NCBI RefSeq assembly: GCF_963506605.1
Contig: NC_083276.1
Span: 70,990,001-71,054,000, forward strand
Length of the DNA stretch: 64,000 nt
Source of the DNA: Zootoca vivipara
Lineage: Eukaryota
Reading direction: 5' to 3'
The position numbers and the translations under genes were made by a program. The notes under the pieces are model-generated. The model did no database searches. It was not told the DNA's origin and saw only the letters and a program-made list of their open reading frames with translations. This document shows positions 1 through 13,297 of this stretch, in pieces; positions within the stretch are counted from its first letter, which is position 1; every line of letters starts with the position of its first letter.

Positions 1-604
1 CTATTGAAGAAATAACAGCTTAACAAAGAATAGTCATTCAGCCTTTGTAACAATACAATTAAATGATCTGAATGCATACACATAACACAAATAACTATAA
101 CCAAGTGCTAATATAAAAATATTCTGCTATACATTTTAGAGTATGACAAATTCCCATAATCAAGACTTGTTTCTCTATAATATTGACTTTTTAAAAAGCA
201 AGATTTTTGTTATGAAATCAAGTATTAGCAAAGTAGACTTAAGGCTTGGATTCATACTATAACTGGTGAAGTAGATATGTAGGTATAGTTGAAAGACGTT
301 CATATGCAGGCCTACTGCAGATATAACAAACATAGTCTTCGCATCTGCCTGCATTGCTCTGCTAAAAGTATAAAGGTGCACTATACCAAACTAAACACAT
401 TCTGAAGATGAGCAGAAGGTAGTGACTGAGAGGCATCCGCACCCGTCTTGATCACAGTCTGTAGGGAAGGTCATGTCACAGTCTGAGCATATCCTGTTTG
501 GGACAAAGGTATATCTAGCTTACATCTTTTTCAGGCAGTCCCCACACTCACACTCCATCCCATGCTTTAGGCTGCAGTAAATGCACAGACTAAAGCTTAT
601 CCCC

Positions 605-605
<1 letters not shown>

Positions 606-646
<41 letters not shown>

Positions 647-665
647 GAGAGAGAGAGAGAGAGAG
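606..665. repeat. (CA)n(GA)n microsatellite
   Basis: Direct reading. Confidence 0.95.
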
Positions 666-1706
666 TGATAGGAAGCTACCATCCAAATACATCCTCAGAT
701 GCTATGAGTTAGAAGAAGCCATTACAGCTACTACATCAAGTGTATTGTGGATAGGTACATAGTAAAGGTGGGCAGGAAATGCATTATATTAATACCCACT
801 CTGGCTATAGTGGGTCTATTTGTCACTAAGCAACCTGGGAAAGGAAATAGGTGTAATTTGCTGTGCATCGGATATGCCCTTTCATTTGCTTCTAAAATTA
901 TTTCCAGACTGAGGGTTTTTATGCCCCACTATAAGCTTCATAAATGTCCACATCTCACCAGGTACATCCCCCTATCTTCCCTTATGTCAAGTTTCATTTA
1001 CTTTTTATAGGGCAAAGAGTGGGAATTTCATATTAAAGCACATAGGTTGGGCTTTAAGAATTGGCAAAGAAGTTTATTAAGTTTATGGCATGTTTTTTAC
1101 TGCTATGTGTTTGTTTTTTCTTGATTTCTTGTTGACATATATATTTTTATTTGTAACTGTGAATTCGATTTTATAATAGGCAGGATACAAATGCACAAAA
1201 TAAATAAGTTAATAAATGGGGATTAGATTCCAAGTTATGTTGACTGGACTATTAAAAACTTTCCTCTATTTTTCTGACCCCAGAGGAAGGGCAATCCAAA
1301 CCTGTGGCAGGACAGGATATGCTTGTATACCACCTTAGGCATGTTATGAGAGTCATGCTGCACAGAAATAAATGTAAGCCACACAAGGGAAGAACAATGG
1401 ATTACACATCATTGCAAAATTATGGTGCCTGCATGGGGCTCAGGGATGGGGCCCCAAGTGAATCCAGGGGTGCAGGACAACTATTGGTGGGCCTGGGGGT
1501 GAAACCAATCTTCGTGGCTAGGCCCAGGAATGGAGCCAAGGAGTTTTACGTAAATATATTCCCCCCACTCCACTAGACACAGTGAATGATGTGAAACAAG
1601 AGCAGGAAAATACATGTTGTGATTATCTGATCCTAGACATTGCAGGAGGGCAGTGGATGACTTGCAAGCGTATGGTGTGGCACATCCCTTTGTGACTATT
1701 ACATTA

Positions 1707-2133
1707 CAGTGGTACCTCAGTTTACAAACACAGTTGGTTCCGGAAGTCTGTACTTAATCTGAAGTGTACTTAACCTGAAGTGAACTTTCCAATTGAAAGT
1801 AATGGAAAGTGGATTAATCAGTTCCAGGTGGTCCATGGAGTACTTAACCTGAAGCGTACTTAACCTGAAGCGAACTTTCCCATTGAAAGTAATGGAAAGT
1901 GGATTAATCTGTTCCAGACGGGTCCACGGAGTACTCAACCTGAAGCGTACTTAAGCCGAGGTATGAGTGTCATTGATTCCTGAAGTCTGTACTTAACCTG
2001 AAGCGTACTTAACCTGAAGTGAATTTTCCCATTGAAAGTAATGGAAAGTGGATTAATCCGTTCCAGATGAGTCCACGGAGTACTTAAACTGAAAATACTC
2101 AAACCGAGGCGTACTTAAACTGAGGTATGACTG
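1707..2133. mobile_element. Tc1/mariner (Tigger/pogo-like) MITE with internally triplicated module
   Basis: TA TSD; TIRs CAGTGGTACCTC / GAGGTATGACTG; three copies of ttgaaagtaatggaaagtggattaatc. Confidence 0.85.
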
Positions 2134-3771
2134 TACATGAGAGCATGTTAGCTGAAATATTCTTTGGAATTTTAATCATTTTACATTATCATTTCTAAAA
2201 ATGAACATTGTAATACTTTATTTTGTTTACCCTGAAATTCCCAGCTCTTCTCAGGATTATCTCCATTTCAGCATTTACAGTTTTATCTGCTTAGAGACAC
2301 CACTGAACATTAGTCTTACGCAGGAGATGATGTACTTCCATCAAAGAGCTATTAAGGCTTTACAGATATGAATGTATTATATACAGTAATGAGCAGTTGC
2401 TGGATTCAATCATATTAACTAATTGTGCATAGTACTTTTGTACTGCATATATGTATTTCAGAGCATAACAAATGATAAATGGGACAAAGGGATTTTGAAG
2501 AAAGACGTGGCTGTTATTATACACATATAAATGTAACAGTACTCTTTTAAAAGTGTTGAAATACTCCACTGTGAATGTGATTTACATATATTTATATGTT
2601 GATTGAATGATACATTTGGGTGCAAAGAAGGATTGGTAGCTATTATAGATGAAGAGGGTGGAATTTGTTTACCTCACAATTTTATTTACTGTTGACAATA
2701 AATTTATTTTTCCTTATTAGGAAGCTTTGATATGCAGAAAGCTTGTGATATTGTATACAAAGCAGAAACAGATTGAAAGGAATAAGCTGTATAAGAAAGA
2801 TAGTGGATAGTGGGAACTCAAATGTCATAAAAACCAATGACTATGAGTTGGATCCAGTGCCTAGAATGGACTAATTTTATTTAATGATGTTCACTGAATT
2901 AGTTCAAAAATTAGAACTATAGATTTATTAATAGTATTCTATTACTCAAATAAAATCATGTGTAGTTTTATACTACAGGCATACACAAAGCCTGCTTTTT
3001 ACAATATTCTTTCAAGTTGCTGTTTTTGCTGGGAGAACATTAAGTAGGTCTGTAGCTGTGAGCATGGCCTGCCTGAAATATTCTGCCCAATTGCTCAGTA
3101 GGAAGTAAACCCCTGCCAGTATTATGGTCAATGTATAAGGACTCTGGTATGATTGACAAGTAACACAAGCAGTAATGTTCTGCTTCACTTCTTTCTATTC
3201 CATATACTAATCAATGAAAAAGGGTAGTCAGGCTTTTTCCATTTCAGCAGTGCCGTTTGATGTATTTCAGGGTGGCTAATTTTTCTATCACTTTTTCCAA
3301 AGCCATGATGCAGATGCACACATTTGCAGAAGCAACACATAAATATGCTTGGCACAGATGCAGGCAGCAGGGAGAAAGGCAAAGGACAGCTCAAGGGCAT
3401 ACCCACTCTTGCTAACACTCATTAACCATCAGTCTGGTTGGGACCATTTGCCATTTGCCATTTGGGACTGCCTCTCAGGCAGTAGCCAAGGGATCTCAGC
3501 AATGCAGAAAGAAGTCCAGAAGGAATTTCATGAGAAAATGTGCTACTCGCATCTGCCTTGCCCTCCCTCTCAGTTCCAGGAGCCTTCCAAAGAATGCTGC
3601 TTATAAAAGGAGGGAGGGGAGACATTCTGGCTGCCATAAAACAGTTGCTATCCTATTTAGTCCTGGGAAGGGAGGTTTAACACTTGACAATGTTCGTGGT
3701 GTATTTAGTGGGGTCATGGTGTGCAATAGCATCCCAAGTGATAAGCGAATACAAAATCCTTGTAACTAGGA

Positions 3772-4022
3772 CATGGGTAGGCAAACTAAGGCCCAGAGGA
3801 CAGATCCGGCCCAATCGCCTTCTAAATCTGGCCCGCGGCGGTCGGTCGGGGAATCAGCATGTTTTTACATGAGCAGAATATGTCCTTTTATTTAAAATGT
3901 ATCTCTGGTTTATTTGTGGGGCATAGGAATTTGTTCACACACACCCCAAATATACTCCGGCCCCCCACAAGGTCTGAGGGACAGTGGACCAGCCCACTGC
4001 TGAAAAAGTTTGCTGACCCCAG
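3772..4022. mobile_element. hAT MITE (same family as 11842-12161)
   Basis: Shared body and degenerate TIRs. Confidence 0.8.
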
Positions 4023-4038
4023 ATCTAGTGTGTGTGAC

Positions 4039-4349
4039 CAGCAGCAGAGAATGTCTCTCAGGCACCTGGGGCAGTGCGTCCAGGGGTGGGGCAAACTGCC
4101 CATAGGGGTGGGGTGGCTTTAGGGAGGGATGGGACGGAGTGCACAGCGCCCGTAGGGGGTCTTAGCCGCCCTACAGCTGGTGGGGGAGGCAGTGGGAGGA
4201 CAGTGTGGAGCCTGCGGGCGCCTGAGATGCGTGGCTCGGGCATGCTGCAGGCCCTGCAGTGAGTGCCACCTGCCATTTTGTCACCCCCCCCCCTTGGTGG
4301 GGATACCCGGGGTGGCCCACACCTACTGCACCCCCTTGCTACGCCCCTG
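4039..4349. mobile_element. GC-rich hAT-type MITE
   Basis: 8-bp TSD tgtgtgac; right TIR GCTACGCCCCTG. Confidence 0.75.
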
Positions 4350-4429
4350 TGTGTGACTATTTGCATTAATTAGGCACTCTATAACTAATCAATCTACTAC
4401 AGCCTATATTAGTCTGCTACACTTACCTC

Positions 4430-6784
4430 TTTTTTTTTTAATTGATTTTTATTGATTTTGCATATTAACAAAGCAAAGAAATAAACACATAAACAAAAAA
4501 AAATAACATATTTTCCTCCTTCTTCCACCCCCCCATGAGATCCCTCCTGCCACCAGGTATTCCCATGGACAGTACGCAGTCGAAGGTGGTGCATCTTATA
4601 ATTGGGCTTGTCCCCACCCCCCTCCCCTCCCCAGAACCCCCCCCTGCCACCAAGAGATCCTAGGGATATAGGAAGAGAGCGGGTGGGTGTTCACCCAACT
4701 ATTTATCTAAACTTGATCAAAAATCACCCAAAAAGAGAGAAAAAAAGAAAAATAAGAACCACAGGAATAATTAATAATAAAAAAAAAGAAGAAGAAGAAG
4801 AAGAAGAAGAAGAAAGAACAGCTGTAAAGGAAAAAAGAAAAAAAAAGAAATGAAAAAACAAAAAGGAACAATTATTAATTATTCCTTTCTTTTCTTTTTT
4901 TAAAAATCATTGTATTATTATGGGCTTCCCCTACCTCCCCCTTTTTCTGATTTTCATTTTTAACTCCATTTTAGCAGTTTTCTTCTCATATTCCCCATTC
5001 TAATTTCCAAACTCTCTAAACTTACTTCAATAGTATCCTTATTTCTATTAAGTTTATTTTCTAACATCTTTTCCCATTCCCTCCCTCCCCTCCTCCCCCC
5101 CAGCACTCCCTCTGCCACCGAGAGCCCCAGAGGAGAGAAAGGGAGAGGCAATGGTTCTTTTTCCAATTGGGACTTCCCTCCCTCCCCGCCCTCCCCACCC
5201 CAGGAGCCCCCCCTGCCACCAGGAGCTCCCCGCGCGCAGAGGGCCGACAAGAGGTCCAGAACCCCCAACCGTCCCTTCAATTATTCATCTTACCAAATTC
5301 TCTTTTTTGATACTTCTAAATAACTCCTAAATCTTATTTCTAACTTATCAATTTTCCTTTTTTTTTCCCCATGCCCCAATTTCCCCCCCAGAACTCCCAT
5401 AATTTTAAAAACCTATTTACATTCCCAATTCTAGATTTTATCTTTATCCTCAATTCTTTCCTCTCTATCCCCTGATCCTGGCCTTCCCCTTCCAGTCCAG
5501 CAAGTCCAAAGTCCGTGATCCAGTTTTCAGTCCTTTTTTTTTATCCATCCTATTACAACAAATATTCCTCCTTCATCCCTCCCCCTTCCTGACCAATTTT
5601 TGAATCCAATCTTCTCCATTCTCTCCCCCCCATAAGTCCTTTCTTCTTTGCATGATGCTTTTCTTGTGAGTTTTTTGTCTCTTCAAAAATTCTTGCTTGT
5701 TCCCCTCCTGAGGAGGGTTAATTCCACTCTCAGCTAAGTCTTTATTCATTGGCAAGTCCTGTATTTCATCATCATTAACTTCAATTGTGTTGTAAATCGG
5801 TTCATCTGCCTGTTTATCCTCATGCACCATTTCTTGAAGTATTTCATCCTCCTGTAGATCTTGATCTTGGTTTATTCCTTCCAATTGTTGTTGAGTCTTA
5901 TACATATTAATTCTCATTTCCCACAAGAGTTTCAAAACTTTCTCCTGGAAGCCAGGTGTGTAATCTTCTGTTGGCATTTTTCTAGCTTTTCAAGGGCAGA
6001 GCAAGACTTGGAAAACAGGAAGTGGTTACAAGTTGCAGTTCTTCCACATAACCCAAACTGGATACAGTATATTCTCAAATGTCGAACCAGAAGTTTTAAA
6101 ATGTCAATTCCTTCCTTTCACTCACCCCATTATATTCCACTCGCTGTTCTGTTCGGGGTGCCAAATTTCAGGGTACAGAGGGGGGTCTCTTCTTCAGCTA
6201 AATATGTTTGCAGGGATTCTTATTGTCTATAACAGTTCTCCCCCCTAACCCTGCCTCAGGAGGAGAGTCTTTAGTCAGTCCTTGGAGATATTCAAACAAT
6301 AAAGTTTTTTAGCCCCCGGCACTGGGATTCCTCCTTAAGCTGCTTCTCCTTTTTAGATCAGTAAGGGGGAGATCGGCTTCCGTTTTTTAAATCTCACCCC
6401 CATTCCAAATCTCGAATCCAATTTTTAATCTTTGAGTCCTTTGTACTCACGGTCTCTCAATTTCCTGATTTCTTCTTTGGAAAAATCCAGCGCTCTCCGC
6501 CTCCGGCACGGAGCTTCTCCCTGCGAGGATAGCGATGGCGCTCCAAAATGGCCCCCGCGACTGCGACCCTTCTCGCTCCGGAGCTCTTATTAGAGCCTAC
6601 CGGAGAGTTGGGGAGTCGGGATTGGGACGCTGCTCGGCTATTTCTGCCCCCAGAACGCGCGATCTGGGGTTCTTTGGGGTGCAGCGGCGCTCCCGCTGCT
6701 TCCCCCTCCCTTGCAGAGACGGGTCGTCTCGGAGCTCGAGACGGACCCCGCCGGACGGCGCTGGCGCTGAACCGGAAGCCTTCT
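4430..6784 (-). mobile_element. Full-length non-autonomous L1-derived retroelement (about 2.35 kb, no RT/EN)
   Basis: TSD ctacacttacctc(ttttt) at 4417 and 6785; AATAAA plus A-tail at the 3' end; CpG-rich 5' UTR starting GGCTTCCGG with YY1-like GCCATTTTG; only short A-rich ORFs inside. Confidence 0.8.
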
Positions 6785-6844
6785 CTACACTTACCTCTTT
6801 TTGCTCTCTTATCCTGCCTGATCCTCCCCACCATCCCCTTAGAG

Positions 6845-6980
6845 CAGGCATCCCCAAACTTCGGCCCTCCAGATGTTTTGAACTACAATTCCCACCATCC
6901 CTGACCACTGGTCCTGTTAGCTAGGGATCATGGGGGTTGTAGGCCAAAACATCTGGAAGGCCGCAGTTTGGGGGTGCCTG
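6845..6980. mobile_element. 136-bp URR1-like hAT MITE
   Basis: TSD ccttagag; long TIRs CAGGCATCCCCAAACT..CCTCCAGATGTTTTG. Confidence 0.9.
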
Positions 6981-7057
6981 CCTTAGAGCTTTCCTTTCAC
7001 TTTCCTTCCAAGCATACCCTTCAACATTTCTACAATGAAAATAGGGACATCCTAAGG

Positions 7058-7375
7058 GCCTAGGGCTTGCCGATTGGAAGGTTGGCGGTTTAAATCCCTG
7101 TGACGGGGTGAGCTCCCATTGCTCGGTCCCAGCTTCTGCCAACCTAGCAGTTCGAAAGCACGTCAAAGTGCAAGTAGATAAATAGGTACTGCTCCGGCGG
7201 GAAGGTAAATGGCGTTTCTGTGCACTGCTCTGATTTCGCCAGAAGTGGCTTAGTCATGCTGGCCACATGACCCAAAAAACTGTCTGCGGGCAAACGTTGG
7301 TTCCCTTGGCCAGTAAAGTGAGATGAGTGCGAGTCGTTCGCAACTGGACTTAACTGTCAGGGGTCCTTTACCTTT
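7058..7375 (+). mobile_element. 5'-truncated Sauria SINE nested in a DNA-transposon MITE (7013-7446)
   Basis: TSD taagg; the empty site cctaaggaaaag is seen in the related MITE at 22410-22594 (opposite strand). Confidence 0.85.
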
Positions 7376-9272
7376 TAAGGAAAAGCAGAACATTCTGGGA
7401 TCAAATCAGGGATGTCCCTGGAAAATAGGGACACTTGGGGGCTCTGTCCAAGCAGCACACTATTTTCTGTTATATGCCTGTACATGGCACCTGCTTTTGT
7501 GACCTGGTTTTATACAGCCCCTAGAAAACATTAGGTGCTTTATATATAAATAATACTTTGCCAAAATTTATATAGTCCCATCTGGGGCATTTCTAGGATG
7601 AGTAGCTGGGGTGGGGGGTTCACGCGAGTTTTCAGGAGGCACATAGTACCCATGAGGTAGCAGGCCTGTAGTATCTCAGTTGTTATCACCCTGTTCTCAT
7701 TTTGGTCTGTGAAAATAAAATAGGAAACAAAACAAATAATATTCCATGCACAGGATAATTTTTTACAAAACCTCAAATGCAACTTTCAGTAGCTGTGGGC
7801 AGACCACCTATGGCTAGCTGGCAAATCTGAGCAGGATAATGGCATTCTTGTGTTGGGAGCAAGGGAAATTCAGCAATAAAAGAATAGACAATCTGTGGGA
7901 TATTTACCAAGTTAGCTAGTGCATTATTAAAATAGCTTTGCAAAACATTTTGACTTGCATCTGGTGACATTTTTAATCTAATAAAAACCGTCTAATTGAC
8001 GTAAATATCTAGTGCACTGCTGCCAAATGATTGCTGCATGAAATTAACATGCAAGACATACTGCAAAGGACCAATTCAAATAAATCTCTTTGGAATTCCA
8101 GGAGGAATTCAAAGCCACTTAGAGCAAACATTTGCCAGCTTGATAATTTGAAATGCCTTAGACAGATCTCTGCATAATTACACCCAAAACACAGGACAAA
8201 GAAAAGATACAAGCACATCATGAAAATATAAAGCTATTGAGAAGATTATACATAATCCTATTTTGTGACTGAAAAGGCATATAAGAAACAGAACTCTAAT
8301 AGAATGCATTGCCATATTCACAACAATCCTTTTGGCATGTTGATCAAGGGAAACAGAAGGCACAGATTATAATTAAACTGGTAGTGTTAGTAATGATGAT
8401 GGACCAAGCAAAATAATATAATTGTCAATTAATATACAAAGAATTTGGATTTAGCTCAGATACTTTACCAAAAAAAACTGCAACAGTATTTACTATTTGC
8501 TAGTATTTTCATTACACTGAAGCAGATGTGCAGGTGAGGTTTACTTGGATACCATTCAAAATTCACTTTGAATAGCAAAAACCATTAATATATTGTAGTG
8601 CATTTGCATTTAGAGCCCTATAACTAGTTGAATTCAGGTCCCAAACCAACATGCTTGATCAGAGATGAAGAGAGATAGAATCATAGAAGCATCCTGTGAA
8701 TTAAATCATTGCATTCTTTTGGCAGAGACTTTCTCTTCATTGCACTCTAGTCATGCATCAGCTAAGAATGACCTTGCCAAGAGAGTAGACTGTGGTAAGA
8801 ACTGATATTTTAGAAAATCAGGTGGTATAAATAAGTTTATGTTTGTGGTGGTGAAGCCTGTGACACTGATTCTATGATTTACTAAGCTGATATGGTGGAA
8901 AGGAATAGCATGGTGTCTGGTGTTTGCAGTCCAGCATCTGTGAGGAAATGGCAAATTGTCACTGTGTCTGGAATTAACACCTCCAGAGATAAGGAGGCTG
9001 CAGGAATATACAGAATAGGAAATTGATTTGATAGTGGATACCTGAAGGATAGGGGATTGTTGAGAGATTGAGGAAAAGTCCAACAAAAATGTGAATCCCC
9101 AAAAAAGCATATGAAAGCAAAAGCCATGGGAGTGAGGCCAGGGAGAGAGACAGAAACCTCCCTTTTCAAACCTAGGTCAAAAAACCAGGGTGGTTGATAG
9201 AAGCAACTGCTAGGTCTAGAGCAGGCAAAATCAAAGAATCTCCTGTGAATGGAAGAATACCTTCCTTTTATA

Positions 9273-9629
9273 AAAGGTAAAGGTAAAGGGACCCCTGACC
9301 ATTAGGTCCAGTCGTGACCGACTCTGGGGTTGCACGCTCATCTCGCATTATTGGCCGAGGGAGCCGGCGTATAGCTTCCAGGTCATGTGGCCAGCATGAC
9401 AAAGCCACTTCTGGCGAACCAGAGCAGCACATGGAAACGCCATTTACCTTCCCGCTGTAGCGGTTCCTATTTATCTACTTGCATTTTGATGTGCTTTCAA
9501 ACTGCTAGGTTGGCAGGAGCTGGGACCAAGCAACGGGAGCTCACCCCGTCACAGGGATTCGAACTGCCGACCTTCTGATCAGCAAGCCCTAGGCTCAGTG
9601 GTTTAGCCCACAGCGCCACCTGGGTCCCC
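9273..9629 (-). mobile_element. Sauria SINE (full length, young)
   Basis: tRNA-like head, (ACCTTT)n tail, 14-bp TSD accttccttttata. Confidence 0.92.
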
Positions 9630-10098
9630 ACCTTCCTTTTATAGGAGGGCACTATTGTATACATCCCATTAACTTTACCTGGTGCCCACTGCATAGCTAC
9701 AGTACCAGTTTTCTCACTGTGTGTACCAGGTGCTTTCTGAAACATATGAGGCATTCACATCAATATAAAGGAGGTGCAGTCAGGGGAGCAGGCAGAGTTC
9801 CATTATTACAGTAATTAGTTGATCTCCTGGTATGCCCCAGCTTGGGCTGTCAGCACTGTTCAGTTTGACACTAAATGGAACAAGAGGTCTCAATACAAAA
9901 TAATGTAATGCCAAAAAGCTTAAGTCTTTTAAATTGTTGGCTAACAAATATTTTCCTATGCCTGCATTTTGAAATTTGCTTTTGATGTTGCAAGAAATTG
10001 CATTGTTTGAAGTGTTGCCAAACTGCTGGCATACTATGAGAAGCCTCCACCAACCCTCTTCTTGTATCAAATGTGTACTTTTAGCTCAGAGTTTCCCG

Positions 10099-10110
10099 AC
10101 ACACACACAC

Positions 10111-10186
<76 letters not shown>
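10099..10186. repeat. (AC)n(TC)n microsatellite
   Basis: Direct reading. Confidence 0.95.
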
Positions 10187-10189
<3 letters not shown>

Positions 10190-11114
10190 TAGCTCCCAGA
10201 CCATGGGTTACTCTCCTTGTATTTGCAGAATAGCTCAGCTCATTATGTCTCCTGACATAATTCCTTTCCTTTTGTTGAGAGAGTAAGGGTTTAGAGTTGG
10301 GAGGTTTCCTGAGTAATGCTGATACTTCTGAGAGGCCCCTGCCCACTGCCTGCTTGTCAGCTGTAGCATAGTTTGAATCAAGAAATCCTATTGTGTCCTT
10401 AATTCCTCTTTTATGATGATGTCACTACCCATATATAGACACAGAGAAGTTTATCACAGTTACATGGCTCCTCCCCATTCTGCTCACCGTAGAGTGGTGC
10501 ATGTACCAAATATAGTGTCTTCATTCTTCAAGCTGTATTTCATCTCTTTCTGTGGCCCAGCAGTTTTGGAATAACTTTTACCCTCATCTGACAAGTGTGC
10601 CATCTCATGTGAATTTATGTGTACATGGAAATAGGTAAAAATATTTATGTCAATTTTGGGAGCTGCATTGTTCATATTGCAAGGAGTGCAATACCCTAGG
10701 AACCAGCTTCCCAATTGTCTTGCTTGGGTTTTGCTTTACTGAAAGCTCCACATATCTCAAAAGAAATCCTAGTCGTAACTTCTGATTACAGCTTCAGTGG
10801 TGCAGAGCCAAATGACAGATCATTTCATTCCACTCAGCTGCATCTGCCCAATAGCATTTTAACCTTTGGTCTGTGCTGTTTAGTTCCTGTTACTCCTCAC
10901 CCCATGGCTGTTGAAATGAATGCTACCTCACTCACTTACTTATCTTATTTACTTTGGCTGCTCATATCATGCATTAAAAGTCACAGATTAAAAAAAAACA
11001 CTGCATAAAAATGCAATGTGTTACTGAAACTAGGACAGATCACTGTCTTCAGATATAAGTGGCTAATGCTTGAAAAAACTAGGAAACTTGTGGGTCACTG
11101 CAAGGGACACAACA

Positions 11115-11184
<70 letters not shown>
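11115..11184. repeat. (TG)n(AG)n microsatellite
   Basis: Direct reading. Confidence 0.95.
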
Positions 11185-11187
<3 letters not shown>

Positions 11188-11841
11188 TAGCATGCTGGGA
11201 ATTTTACATTTGCCCAGGGCACACAAAGAAGTGTCAAATAAGTAATTTTTAAGTATACAATGTAATTACTTCAATGTAATTTTTTTAAGGTGATGTGCCA
11301 ACATTTTGGAATTTTTATTGCTATGTTCATAGTATTTTTGGTTTAAGAACTGCAAAGATCCTGCAATTCTCTAGGTTTAAAAATAGTCTAATTCAACTCT
11401 TTCCCTTGTTAGAATAGTTTTTACTCTGTTGCTATTAGTTCTTTTATGCCTTGCTTCAAATTCTGCAATTTCTTTTAAAAGTTGTGCTTGTAAATGTATT
11501 TTATTTTTATTTTTCCTGCTTTGTTCTGATATGAAAGTACTTCCAATAACTGCTTTTGACGTATCCCATAATAAGGCAGGAGTGTACTGTTATTGGTTAT
11601 GACTTTCAAAGAGTTATTTTATATCTTTTTCTATCTTTCTGTTGTTATTGAGCTCTAGAGAAGTTCTGAGTTTAAGTGCAGATTGGTATTTTGAGGTTAT
11701 TACAGTTTAGTTGTGGTGTTGCTGATGTGTACTACTGTTAGAAATCAGCTTTTGTTAGATTCCCTTTTAAAGTATCAGAAATCATAATTTAATCTATTCT
11801 AGTATAATTATTATTCCAATAATGTGTATAATCTCTTATAC

Positions 11842-12161
11842 CAGGGGTCCCCAAACTAAGGCCCAGGGGCGAGATGAGGCCCAATCGCCTTCTCAATCCG
11901 GCCCGCAGATGGTCCGGGAATCAGCATGTTTTTACCTGAGTAGAATGTGTCCTTTTATTTAAAATGCATCTCTGGGTTATTTGTGGGGCCTGCCTGGTGT
12001 TTTTACATGAGTAGAATGTGTCTTATTTAAAATGTATCTCTGGGTTATTTGGGGGGGCATAGGAATTCGTTCATTTATTTATTTTTAAATATAGTCCGGC
12101 CGCCCACATGGTCTGAGGGACAGTGGACTGGCCCCCTGCTGGAAAAGTTTGCTGACCCCTG
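11842..12161. mobile_element. hAT MITE
   Basis: Perfect 8-bp TSD tcttatac; TIRs CAGGGGTCCCCAAAC / GTTTGCTGACCCCTG. Confidence 0.9.
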
Positions 12162-12906
12162 TCTTATACTGTACTAGAATTAGCATAACAGCATGTATCT
12201 ATTAATGCCTTTAATGGAAGATACTGTATAAGTGCTAACAGGAACCAGTGGAAAAAGTCCCCAGTGAAAGTGTTGCCTGTAAGGATCACATGTCTATGCA
12301 TTGGTAGAATTTAAGCAAAGGTTTGATTTGGCCCACAGTATCTCAAAACCACAGTTGTTTTTTTACAGGCACAGACATAGACTGCATCATCTTTAGCTGG
12401 GTGACAGCAGGGTGTGGGGATCTGGAGTGTTTATTTGCTAAAAGGGTTCTCATCTCTGGAAGCTCCTTGCATTTCCTCACTGTGGAACATTTACGGTACC
12501 TGGAATTTCCCTATCACAATATATACCTGGCATCCTTAAGCTAAGAAACTTTAAGCAGTCCCATTAATCTTCTGTCCAAAACACCAAACTTACAATATTA
12601 CAATTCCTGCAGATGTTCCAGATTATACACAAATGTAGAATACAAATACACACTTAAGTTTTACGGCATAGTAGGCCATTAATGCAACTTGCTGGTAGAA
12701 GAGCCAGTGCCTGGATATCTGAGTAACTGTGTACACAGTGTAATTTATCAGCAGCCATCTAGAAATACTTTAAATCACTGTCACAGAATGCTGATGTGTG
12801 TGGACATGCCCCCAGGGAGCAATCTAAGGAAATGCCTGAGAAGGATAGTGGGCAGAGTGTTGCCCTTAGACCAGAGAGTCCTGGGTTATGTCTCCATTTG
12901 ACTGTG

Positions 12907-13253
12907 AAACGGCCTCGGTCCAGTATACCTGAAGGAGAGTCTCCACCCCCATTGTTCTGCCCGGACATTGAGGTCCAGCGCCGAGGGCCTTCTGGCGGTT
13001 CCCTCACTATGAGAAGCCAAGTTACAGGGAACCAGGCAGAGGGCCTTCTCGGTAGTGACACCCACCCTGTGGAATGCCCTCCCACCAGAGGTCAAAGAGA
13101 ACAACAATTACCAGACTTTTAGAAGGCATCTCAAGGCAGCCCTGTTTAGGGAAGCTTTTAATGTTTGATGAATTTCTGTATTTTAATATTTTGTTGGAAG
13201 CTGCCCAGAGTGGCTGGGGGAACCCGGCCAGATGGGCAGGGTATAAATAATAA

Positions 13254-13297
<44 letters not shown>
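12907..13297 (+). mobile_element. L2-clade LINE 3' end with (TTA)n tail
   Basis: Encodes ORF2 C-terminus RAFSVVTPTLWNALP..FRRHLKAALF; 3'UTR ggtataaataataaattatt. Confidence 0.85.

Noticed and set aside
1573-1637. C/D-box-like pattern (ATGATGT...CTGA with ctag flanks)
   Set aside because: Imperfect box C, no recognisable rRNA guide, no host gene
6450-6790. CpG island with several overlapping ORFs, as a possible gene promoter
   Set aside because: Lies inside the TSD-bounded L1-like element as its 5' UTR
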